NCBI GenBank assembly: GCA_040954595.2
Contig: CM082578.2
Coordinates: 1,780,831-1,844,830 of the forward strand
Origin: Balanoglossus misakiensis
Lineage: Eukaryota > Animalia > Hemichordata
Reading direction: 5' to 3'
Length of the DNA: 64,000 nt
A program made the translations under genes and the position numbers. Shown here in pieces: positions 40,001 through 51,276 of the stretch. Every line of letters begins with the position of its first letter. The first letter of the stretch is position 1. The notes below the pieces were generated by a model. It was not told where the DNA came from. It did not search any database and saw only the letters and a list, made by a program, of their open reading frames with translations.

Positions 40001-40363
40001 AACTGTTGATCAAAGAGTGCTACATAACTTTAATGCATATTGTACCGAAGATCACCACGGCAAAACTCTGAATTGTCATTCTATAGATTCTATCATTTCT
40101 ATAGAATTCAATAGAAACAGGCTTCAATACTTCAAAGAAAATATGTGCGCTATATAAGAACTCACTATTATTATTTCTAGGTGTTGACTGTGGTTTGTTG
40201 ACTGCGATTGAAGATGGCTCATGGGAATATAGTGATGGCACTTGGTATGATAGTGTTGCTACACTCCAGTGTAACATGGCATATGAAGCACTTGGTAACA
40301 CCAGGAGATATTGCACTGAAGATGGAACATGGAATGGCACCAGACCAAGATGTGTTGCTCAGG
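34098..40363 (+). CDS. CCP/sushi x4, EGF x2, CCP x3
   Basis: Phase 1-1 exons: 34098-34283, 35289-35468, 35921-36103, 36433-36615, 37433-37561, 38021-38206, 39125-39343, 39612-39806, 40181-40363. CCP exons follow C..P...G...YxCxxGY.L.G....C...G.W...P.C. Confidence 0.9.
36662..36971. mobile_element. MITE with GGCCAAAAA termini (PIF/Harbinger-like)
   Basis: ggccaaaaaaaaaggaaatgtttctggtcag pairs with ctgaccagaaacatttcattttttggcc. Flanks are TTA and TGA. Confidence 0.6.
38236..38422. mobile_element. TTAA-flanked MITE with AGGTATA termini; inverted copy at 59467-59649
   Basis: ttaa|aggtatatgatcacc...ggtgactgtatacct|ttaa. Confidence 0.75.
39873..40041. repeat. Long imperfect palindrome (hairpin element)
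   Basis: gcattaaagttatgtagcactctttgatcaacagttgaaa pairs with tttcaactgttgatcaaagagtgctacataactttaatgc. Confidence 0.75.
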
Positions 40364-40779
40364 GTAACGTAGAAAAGAATATTTCTTTCAGAGAAGCAAT
40401 CACTTCTGTTTGATAATAGTTATACTCTGATGAAATTCATGACATTCACACACAATGTGTTGTTTGAATACAGTGTAAAATGGGGAATTTTTGGGCCAGA
40501 AATTTTCGCAATATCAAAAAAGGCGACTGTTACACTGCGACTACTACTTTTTCACTTTCTTGTATTTCACTGCATCGTTATTTCCGAAAAACATTTTAAG
40601 CAACTTCGAAAAGTACATACAAATATATAGATGTCCATAGAAATTATTTAAACTTATATAGAAATTCAAAAGGCTAATGAATTCTGTAGAATGATGTATA
40701 TAGAATGTTTTTGTAAGGAATGACTTCTGTCTGAGTTGATGATTTAATATTGATAAGATACTTTGCTTCTTGACCTCAG

Positions 40780-42228
40780 GAGAATGTCAAGATCCTGGTA
40801 CACCAGTCAACGGTCAGAGACATGGCAATGATTTCGACATTGGTTCTATAGTGTCATTCAGTTGTGACTATGGATTCACACCAAGCCATCAAAACCCTTT
40901 GATGTGTGAAGGAGATGTTGTGACTGTGTTGCCAACAACACCTTCTACTACAACTACTGGTGTGTATATACTGTTGTTATAAACATCGTGGTGTGCTGAA
41001 ACAGTACCGTGATAACTTCTATGTTCATGTAGTGTGATATATGGAGAAATGGTTCAGAATGCCCGCTTCCAAAACAACAGAGAGGCTTTAAAAGCAATTT
41101 GAATGTTGAAGTGAAACTTGATAAACAGAATTCAATCAGCATAACCTCTATTGCCTCCATTGTCATAGAAACAGAAACGGTCACAGACATGTCAACTGCA
41201 GAGCTTGGGACGACAGAAATGGATGGAACTGATAGAGCGGCAACAGAAGAGGAAGAAGTGACCACATTGTGGATGAAAATCTCCACAGCAGCTGCAGACA
41301 CAGATGTTATGAGAACCACCAAGAGAGCACAGACAGATGGCATGGTAACCACAACGGCAAAAGTACACACAGATGATGTGGCAACCACGGCGACAAAAGT
41401 ACACACAGATGATTTGGTAACCACGACGGCAAGAGTACACACTGATGCTCAAACAAGAGATGCAACAGGTACGTCAAGTACAAACATCCACTGAATATCT
41501 GAAAACAATATGACAAGTTTACTTTACAGATGTCCTCTCAGTGGAAGTGAAAGTATCTCATTTCTTTTAATTGTGGATTTTTGGTTTCTCATTTGTTAGC
41601 ATAATGAAAAGCTGTATAATACAGGGGTCACCATGATTGAATTTAGTCATGGCCTTGTGTAGTTGAAAAACAAACAAACAGCTGAGTCAGCATTTCTTCA
41701 CCCAAAAACATTTAACGATATTTATCTCTGAATAGACTGTGGTGACCATACAATTTTATTTGACCAATGAATTTATTTTCATTTAACTGAGCTAAATTGT
41801 CATGAAAATGACAATAGTAGTGAGTTTATATCAATCTAATCCCATGCGAAGAGACAAATGTGCACGAATTTGCGCAGTTTACAAGTTTACGTTCTGTGTG
41901 TACATCAGTAATAGGTTGTGTAGCAAAATGTAGCAATAACATCCAAATTCCATTCCAGTCAAGTTATTTATCATATAGTTATATTAAATAATTGATATTA
42001 AATAATCATTAGTGAGATCTATGGAATCTCACATATTTTAATGCAGAATGACTTGATTTCCATATGCAGGTTATGAGGCGCCATCAACGCAGGCAATCAC
42101 TGTGACTGAAAGAAAACCAACGACAGATTCAGATAAAGAATTTACAACATCTGAAACTACTAGTGCACCACTTTCAACTAAAATATCAACAACAAAACCA
42201 GTGACACCTTCTCATGATGTATCAACAG
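40780..42228 (+). CDS. N-terminal three quarters of CCP8 followed by a Thr/Ser-rich mucin stalk
   Basis: Exons: 40780-40959 (ECQDPGTPVNG...FSCDYGF...PLMCEGDVVTVLPTTPSTTTT), 41169-41468 (13-aa repeats TTAKVHTDD), 42070-42228. Confidence 0.82.
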
Positions 42229-42922
42229 GTAATTATACTGTGTATTCGTATAATTCATATTCATATCAGTATTTGTCCTTTTTTGCCACAATTTAAGAAA
42301 GGAATATATTTTGTGGCAGAGAAATGGTAAATACTTAATACCGTATACCAGTATATCTAATTTTTTACATTGGCAATATGGAGCAAGAAACATAGCATGC
42401 GCTAGTCAAGTCTTGCCCCATTGTCACATATATAGTAATATACATTGCAATTACTGAACAATATTATGGCTTCTGCTGAATGTGTGTGTGTACCGATAAA
42501 CTGTGCATATTGACTGGCAGTGAGGGCAACAGCATACATTTGTTTCCCTAAGGGACTGTGAGTCAACCCAGAACAGTCTGTTTCTAGAGGCTGAAGGCCG
42601 ATGGAAACAGATTGTTTTGGGGGTAATTTGCATTCCCGAGGGGACACAAACGTATGCTGTTATCCGAACATGGCTAGTCGATATGTGTTTCATTATCAGA
42701 AAGCAGCACAAATCAGGAAATTTCTCTGCTGTACATCATCAATTGGTCTTCATTGTAGATGATATATCACCACTGTACAAGGTCCCATACCTGTAAATAA
42801 ATGATAAAAGCTTACACACAAACACATTTCACCAGATTAGAAAATGTACCACACAAACCCATTTTAGGATATTAACTCTTCTTGCAGCAAAGAATATCTT
42901 GCTTGTGTTGTTGATTTTACAG

Positions 42923-44449
42923 TCAGTAGAGATTGTGGAACCTTTGAGACTTTTGTAAACACATCTTGTGAGAAGTACATTGAGACACCAACTGATGGTA
43001 CCTGTTCATTTGGAACATTCTACACAAGTATGGTTGCTGGTATGGCCAATTTTCAAGATTCACATGTAAGTATAAAGTTAGTTCTTGAAAGTCTATGTAC
43101 CGCTAAATGTTTTGCTCCAGTGTCAATACTGACCAGATTGTCTCCAATTTCTCATTGTGATTTGTAACATTGTTATGAATTATTTTATTTTGTCTTGTTT
43201 TGTGTGTTGCACTGTATTTTTTTAAATTTCTCACCCAAGATTGATATAATCACTAAATGTACTTGAAAAAAACTGCATACTGTAGTATTTCCAGTGTTGT
43301 CTAAAGGAGTTTTTTGGTTTGTGTAATTGCAGGTTTGCGGGCAATGCCTGAATGTGATTGGTTCAAATGATGCATCTGTAGTTGTCCGGGTAACAGACAT
43401 GTGCATGTACCTGTACTGCATGAGTGATGAAGATGGTCTGGTTCTAAGTCAGGATGCTTACAACATCTTGTCAGATGGTGAAAGTCCTTCATCTCTTCTT
43501 GTATCCTACTCAGTTGTTGCCTGTACTGAGGATGTCTCTATCAAGTTCAAGGTTTGTGAAACAACACAATTATTAACTAATTTATATACCCTTGTCTTTA
43601 ATTGTCACATCTTGGCAAACTTGTTTGAAACCTCCCTAGCCATTTTTTTAAGTATTTGTAAGATTGAAGTTTAAATTGTCAAGAGTATTCATCTGTTTCT
43701 TTACTGGAAGTTTAGATCTCCTGGAAATCAAACCAGTCTCAACTGATTTGGACAAGGGAAGATCCAGTGGGGACTAGGTCAATGACAATGATTTGTTGCA
43801 AATACTGTAAAACGGGAAATTTTCACGCCAGGAAATTTTCGCAATATCAAAAGAGGCAACTGTTACGTGAGGATTAATTTTGGCGTTCTTGTATTTCACT
43901 AACTGCATCGTTAAATCTGAAAAACATTTCACACGACATTTATTTTCACGTCTCTTTTAGATCTTGCGTATTTTGCGAAAATTTATGCTCGCGAAAATAA
44001 CCCATTTTACAGTAAGTCTTGCTCTAAATTTCAAAGTATTAGGACCAACCAGGGACTGTGTTGTTCATCTTTTTAGTGTACTGCATATTGATTGATTGAT
44101 TTGTTTATTTAGTTTGCAGAGAGCATTTCTGCATCATTCAGCTTATTAATATTGGATCATCGTTACCCTGTCACCACTGTGGAAGTCCACACAACTGGTC
44201 CCTGGATTACTCTAGACAGACTCAGTGATAACTTATTTGAACCACCCATTGGTTCTGGTGATATACAAGCCCCTCTAAATGTCAAGGTCTATTCGGTGTC
44301 TGGTAAAATTAACTACAGGGTTACAGACTTTGAGTTTGATGAGATTATTGACACCTCCAAGCAATTTCGACATTGTGAGGATGATGAGCTTGAAGTTACT
44401 ACACTTCCAGACTTTGGAATAGTTACAACAATTGAGAGTACGCTTGAAG
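42923..44449 (+). CDS. Expansin-like module (EXLX-type DPBB domain + CBM63-like domain), 3 exons
   Basis: 42923-43065 DGTCSFG...MVAGMANFQDSH; 43333-43551 VCGQCLNVIGSNDASVVVRVTDMC...C...GLVLSQDAY...VSYSVVAC; 44113-44449 LLILDHRYPVTTVEVHTTGPWITLDRLSDNLF...GSG...PLNVKV...TSKQF. Phases run 1-0-0-1 with an open frame. Confidence 0.82.
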
Positions 44450-44996
44450 GTAAGATGGTTTCATTTTATACAATATGTAATTAGTTTACTGTATAACATA
44501 GGTCAATGTTGCTGATGATTTCAATGGAGTGTAGCTGAATTTGTTACATTAGTTGTGATATCTGATATTGTGTTTTGCACACCAATATCTGGTACACTCT
44601 TATGCAAAATTTTCGCAAGAGGAAATGTTCATGATATCAAATGTGGCAACTGTTACGTGGCGATTAATTTTCACGTTCTGGTATTTCACTGCATCGTTAT
44701 CTCTGAAAACCATAAGCGACTTTTTTTTTCACCAGTAAATTTATCGTTCGTGAAAATTTCCTATTTTACTGTATTTTGAATAAGAAATCTCAACACCCTC
44801 ATAAACAATTGCATTAAAGAAAGCAATAGAATAATAACACAATATCATTTGAATCACACACCGGGATGAGAATACCTTGAAATTGTCTCCTGCCAGGAAC
44901 ATTGATTCAATACTGTTCATGTTAGTGGAGAACAATATAACATTAGATTTCCTTGTTCTAGATTATTCAAATTGTAATGTTCATTTTTATCAACAG

Positions 44997-47900
44997 ATGA
45001 AACAACGCTGGAATATTTAACTAGTCCCTACACCGAAGGCACAGAAAAAAGCATCTCAACTGATGGATATGCCATAACTTTGCCCAGAATGACAACTGTG
45101 TTGGACACAGACAATATACCGGCTGTGACAACTGGAAAATGCAAGTCAACCACAACAGTTACTATGGTTACAGTAACCATGCCTGTTGTCGTGACAACAG
45201 TAGAGGCAAGTTCTGAAAAGCCTGATCAGCAGTCAAGCACAGAAGGTGAGGGTACATACAAGACAACATCTGCTCCGATCTCAAAAACAGAAATGATGTC
45301 AACAGCAGAATCTGTGGATATTACTCCTGCAGACCAGACTTCAGAGTATGACGATGCAAGTGATGTGATGCCAACAGAGTCATGGACCACACCAGAGAAA
45401 TTGTTGACAACAAACAAAATGGACGCCACCACACCAGAGACACTTTTGACAACAAATAAAATGGACGGCACCACAGAATATTGGCAAACGGTAGAAGGCA
45501 CCACAGAATGGCATACACAAATGATAACTGATGAAACTGCCACTTCCCAAAGAAGAACAACAAGAAAACATACAACTGAGGCACCGACAGATCTGTTAAC
45601 ATCAAAAGGTGAATGTATACGAATTTCTACACTTTTCAGCATTATGAGCTCCAAAGTAAGGATGGATCTTGTTTACTTAGTTGACACGACTCTAGCTCCT
45701 GGATGACACCATTATTTTTAGGGGGTGAGGGGTGGAAGAAAGGAGAAAACATATTCACTCCTCACTTTTTTTTCAAAGAAATGTAGGTTTACTTCCTATT
45801 ATGATAAAGTAAACTATGAATAATAAAACATTGAAAATTTGGCTTTATTGATAGAAACTTCATGTACGGGTACAGTGAAAATTTCAATTGAAAAAAAAAA
45901 ATTCATAATACCTGCAATGTAAACAGTTAAACAGTTATACATTGTTAGTTACCATCATCATCGTTGTTTGAATCAGACTCTATGTCACAAATGAGGCAAT
46001 AACAATGCTCAGTGCAATTGATCTGTATACAGTTGGTCAAATAACTCTTCCACTCTTATCATATAGACACCCATGTCCAGTGTGTAATATAAAGTATTCA
46101 TTCAATTTCATTTATACAGTATATCATGATGTCAGTACTAAACCAACTACGAAACCAGCAACAACTCTGAAAGCCACAACAGGTGGTCTTACGACCCTAC
46201 CAACTCCAACTCAACTACCAGGTAAGAGATATTACCCTTAGTTTGGTTGATAACGTGTTGTATTTGAGTGATGTCTCAAAGTGTTAAAACAAAACATCCA
46301 GAAAACTTGTTTTTGGAAGTTAATTTAAATTGCTTGTCACATGATAGTTGTGTAAACAATGGTCACACCAAAATGTTCTCCTATATTTACTTTCAGAAAA
46401 TATATACTTTTAGGGGATTCTCGATAATTAACAGAACTTGATAATTAACAGAGAAATGTTTATTTCAAAAAGTTATTTTTTTTTTCTTGTATCTTTCATA
46501 CACACCATGAAGTAATAATACAGTTAAATTTAAAATCAGAATAAACCACAAAGAGTTGAACCCATTTATGCTTTGAACAAATTGACCTGAAGAGAATAGG
46601 AGTTGTATGGGTCTGTATTTACAATTATTCGATAATTACTTTGCAGACCGTGACGTTCCTGACTACTGTGCACAGCTTAGTGTGTCATATAATGGTAGTG
46701 GGCAGATTACAGACCAGCAATCCTGTGGCAACTACTATGGTACAGAAATAACAACACAACTTGTTAATGGTTTAACTCAACTCCTGTCTCAAGATCCATC
46801 AGGAGCATGTGTTCCTCTTGCTGGTCTGGTTACAATCAATATTGCATTATCCACCACCAGTCTCACCTCGCTATCGGATAATTCGGTGGGTACTCTAACT
46901 GTCTCTTTCAGTCTTGCAGAAAATCTTGTAGACTCTTTCTGGAGTCTAGAATATTACACTCAACAAATTGTTCACTTCATAGCATTTTATCTCACATGCT
47001 CTTCAGATTGCATATCCAAAGAAAAAATGCATATTGGGAGAATATTTTCATGCAAATGTGACAACCATGCGATGTTTAATTTTGTCGATACAATCGATCG
47101 TAAACTGCTCAGCTGAAACAGTGAGCAGTCATCTTTCTTTTTTGTTTACGTGCGTTGGAGTGGGGATGTCTTGAAACCATCCGCATAACAGTACATACCT
47201 GTACACGGTGAGTTGGGGCGCCTTGAAACTTAAGGCGTATTTAACACGCGTTCTGTACGTACCGTTCCGTATGGCTTTTTAGTACACGCTAAATTCTATT
47301 GTTCTTGGTGCCAGATGCATAATAATAAAGCATATTAAACATAACATCTTTTAAAACAAATGCTTATGACTGTATTTTCATTACCTGCAGCTTTTAATGG
47401 ATGTGGGGCTGAACTTACTGATTGAACCCATAGACCCATTGAGCCCTGGATACGACAATGCAGAATTGTCGGGATGTGGTCTTCAACTAATCTTTTATCC
47501 GACCAACCATCCAAGTGTATTTCCAATTTTGGTTGCCATTGACAGTTCAGACAATTGTCCAGAACTATCATCTTCTGCAAACCCAATTCAAGAAGATGAT
47601 GCAACATTCTGTTGTCCTGAAGGATATGAGCTCTTCCAGAATGTCAGATGCAGTATGTATAAAATCATTATTTTTATTCACACTAAAGTGGCGCTTATAT
47701 CTCTTCTTTTCTTTTAAGGATGTACGCGCAGAACATAAACCGGAAAACTGCACGCACCCGTCTTTTTCCCTTAGGATTACATTGATAATTGCTAGAAAAC
47801 AAACTTCTTCTATTGTCATTGTCACAAAATTTTCTACATAGCTCAGTCCAGTAAATATAAATTCATTGGTCACTTAAAATATAAGGGTCACCTTGCTCTA

Positions 47901-48220
47901 TTTTGAGATAAATTGCATTAAAAAAAAATTTGCCCATAGACAAACCATTGGTGAAAAATGCTGAATCAGCAGTTTTCTGCTATTATCGACTAAATTCGTG
48001 ACTCTGTAATGTGTATTTCATAAACAGGCACGGTCATCAGGTAAATGCATGCTATGAGCGGTGTGTTACAAGCATGAATTAAGTATTACTAACAGAAAAA
48101 AAATTCTTCTTATTTCAACAGCAGCCGCAGTGGAAGTTGTGAGGAAAAGAAGGGATGCATCTGAACAGTCATCATTTCTCACTAATGCTAAATGGAATGG
48201 CACTGCACCTGTTTGTATTG
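44997..48220 (+). CDS. Second mucin stalk, SEA-like Cys domain, furin site and C-terminal strand of CCP8
   Basis: Exons: 44997-45608, 46120-46221, 46647-46885, 47391-47652, 48122-48220 (VRKRRDASEQSSFLTNAKWNGTAPVCI). All are in frame. Confidence 0.78.
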
Positions 48221-48899
48221 GTATGTTCATTAGGTCAAAATAAAAAAATATGTGCTGTTCCAATTACCCGACCTACCCTAATTATAACCCGCTGACCCTA
48301 AACATTTTAGAGCTTCCTAAACCGGAAGTATAAAAAACAATGTCAAATATACAAAATTTATGAAAATTGCAAGAATCACGTAAGAATTATGACGTTATTC
48401 TTATACACTACGGCGGCCAGAGTAATAAAAAAAATGCAACATAAAAAAACATTCCCTACCTACCTACCCTATTTTTGAAAACCATGTAATCAGAACAGCA
48501 CAATTTAGCAATTTATCCGCCAGATTGAGTTCTTGAATGAAATCACCAATGTTGGAATTGGATTTTAATGTTTGTTTGTGTTTCATTTTAATTTGATTCT
48601 GATTGTGTTTCATTCTGATTTGATTTGATTTGATTTCATGCATTGTCTGCCTGCTTTCATTTGTGGAAATCACAAAGCTTATAAATGGTCCATCATTGGA
48701 GTGGTTGTCAACATCACTGGGAAAAAGGACGATGTTCAACTGGTTTAGCAATTAGGGTTGTCATGGAGCCACCTACAGAACAGTTCTTCTCCCAGCTGAA
48801 TTCAAGATTACTATGTCGTTTTAATGGCTGGCAAGTATTGTGGTTACAAACTTGGCAGATTACAGTCTCATATCTTATGAAATATTTTTTGGCTTGCAG

Positions 48900-50228
48900 A
48901 TACCATGCCACCAACTTTAGACTGTCCAGACACGTACGTAATTCTTGTTGATGAAGTGGAACACAATGTGTCATATCCAGCAGTCTCTGTTGTAGACAAC
49001 CACGGAATCAGTGACGTCATATATGAACCACCAAATGGAACTGCAGTTGAAACCAGGAACTACATCACAGTGACTGTTACTCAACCGATTACAGTGGCAA
49101 CCAGGCTCAGTGTCAATTTGATGTTTCTGTTCAGCTAAACTAGCCCACTAGTCGCTTGGTGAATTTTGAATCTCAATACTTTTGTGTGTTTGTGGTGATT
49201 TTTTGTCTTTATAATACTTTTTGTGTGCATGCTGCTTTGAGCGTTTTTCTGGTACTGAGTTGAGTTTCGAAAATAATGCAAAAAGTGGTGGCAGAGACTT
49301 TAAACATTTAGAAGTTAATATGGCATTGTTTTGAGACATTAGACATTTCACCTTTTAACATCTCATTTTGTTATTCAGCTGATACATGTCCAGAGTGGTC
49401 ACTACCTACACCAGAAGGTGGACAGAAGACTTGCACCCGTGTCATTGGAGGACCACTGGGTTCAGGATTCTCATGTGCATTGTCCTGTCAAGCTGGTTAT
49501 GATTTCATTCAAGAAATTGATTCACCTGGAGGAATGTACACCTGCATAATTGGTGGAACATGGCTACCCCATAATTACGTACCTGATTGTGTTGGTGTGT
49601 ATGGGCTTCTACTGATCTATTTTTGCGTAATTGAAATTCAACTGATATCATATCAATATTCATTAGGCCCCCAAAATAATATGTGAATGCTGATGCAGAT
49701 AATAAACTTGAAGAACCAAAATAACCAACTAATTCAGTGTTACTGTTGGTTCAAATTTTCTCTGTATATAAACTGATCATTTTATAATCAGTCAATACCT
49801 ACATTTTTATAATCAGTCAATACCTACATTTTTATAATCCGTCAATACCTACATTACCGCATGGAAGATGGCACTAGTCCAGATTTGAGTGGATTAGCAA
49901 AAATGGGATTTTTTCACCAGCTTAGTAAAGCGAAGACTGGATTGACGATTGACAATTCAACTAGTTGGCCTGAAGTTAAATTCTCTTCCATATTGATCTT
50001 TCCACAGAGAAGGAAGTTCCAGATTATTGCCTGACTGTGGGAGGTGTATACAACTCTGTGATAACCATTCCAAGTGATACCAACCAATGTATCTCATATT
50101 ACGAGTCGAGTCTGCTTGGAATTGTGCAGTCTGTTGAACCACTGTTGTCGGTCCTGTGTAACTCGATTGAAGACAGTGTTGAAGTTCAAAGTGACTATTC
50201 AACAATGGCCATAGTAGACTCCAATCAG
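48900..50228 (+). CDS. HYR (frameshifted), CCP-like and first half of a SEA-like domain
   Basis: 48900 to about 49135 reads DTMPPTLDCP...VVDN...VTVT/TDYSGNQAQCQFDV with a 1-nt deletion. Further exons: 49379-49594 and 50008-50228 (KEVPDYCLTVGGVY...). Confidence 0.75.
49780..49853. repeat. Three copies of a 25-bp minisatellite
   Basis: ttttataatcagtcaatacctacat x3. Confidence 0.85.
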
Positions 50229-51276
50229 GTATTATTATCTGTCCTGCTGGAAAATTTTACAGTTTTACGCTGAAGAAGAAGGTTGATGTAATCCTTTATT
50301 TGATTTCTGTCGTTACATTATTGTACAATGTGTTACCCTAAGGTTGGGTTCTCCAAGGTGTGTCATTTTTAAGAAGCATTATCTTGTTATTGGAGGGACA
50401 AAGTCTCTCGCTCGCTGCCGTTTTCCCATTAATTATGTTTGGTACAAGACACAGTTTATGTTATTCTACATGTGGATATATAGTGAATCATCATTTGACC
50501 ACACACAACTTCCATCTTGTTTGTAGGATATGAGGGTAAAAACTCGCCCAAAATGAATGAATGGTATTCATTTTTCGCGTGTTTTTTCACTGTCGCGTCT
50601 ACAAGAGGATGGAAGTTGTGTGTGGTCAAACATTGATTCTCTATATATCCACATGTAGAATGACATAAACAGTGTCTTGTAATTGTATCAAACATAATCC
50701 CTTTAAATACTCCATAATAGCTTTATCTTTTTGCTACTTTTTCAGTGTGTTTGTTTTGTGTATCTACTGCAGTTTCTTGTATAGGGAATCATCATCTGCC
50801 CATGCCTGTATCGCTCACTCTTTTTGTTTCTACCGTACATGTATTTAACACTGAATGTAATGATACTATTCACAACCACCATCACCATCATCATCATCAT
50901 AATCATCATCACCACCACCACCACCACCACCACCATCATCATCATCATCGTCATCATCATCACCATCATCATCATCAGTTTCTGCTGTTCCAAGAACTAG
51001 GCTTATCATGAGTGTAATTGATCATATCAGTTATTATGCCTATGGATACCATCTCATGACTCCTGTCCTATCTTGTAGTGTTTCTTGACAGTGATCTAGT
51101 CTATTCACATGTATCAGAAAACAAGCACTTAACAATATCTGGATTTCTCATGAATATGTGACAGATATTAACATCTAGAAGTGCATTTACCTAAATGTAC
51201 CAGTGTATGCATAGGGGGTGTGGACCAGTTGTTTAATTTACAAACATTTGTTATTCTTTCACTTTTTTTTCTTCAG

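Noticed and set aside
34098-40959. SVEP1 or CSMD identity
   Set aside because: There is no vWA domain, no long CCP tail and no alternating CUB-CCP pattern, while the Uif-type looped EGF is present.
42923-44449. Bacterial contamination as the source of the expansin-like sequence
   Set aside because: It is split by canonical GT-AG introns, one of which contains a host MITE. It also has host-like base composition and is in phase with the flanking exons.
40954-45654. Val/Ser-rich minus-strand ORFs
   Set aside because: They are antisense shadows of the Thr-rich mucin exons.
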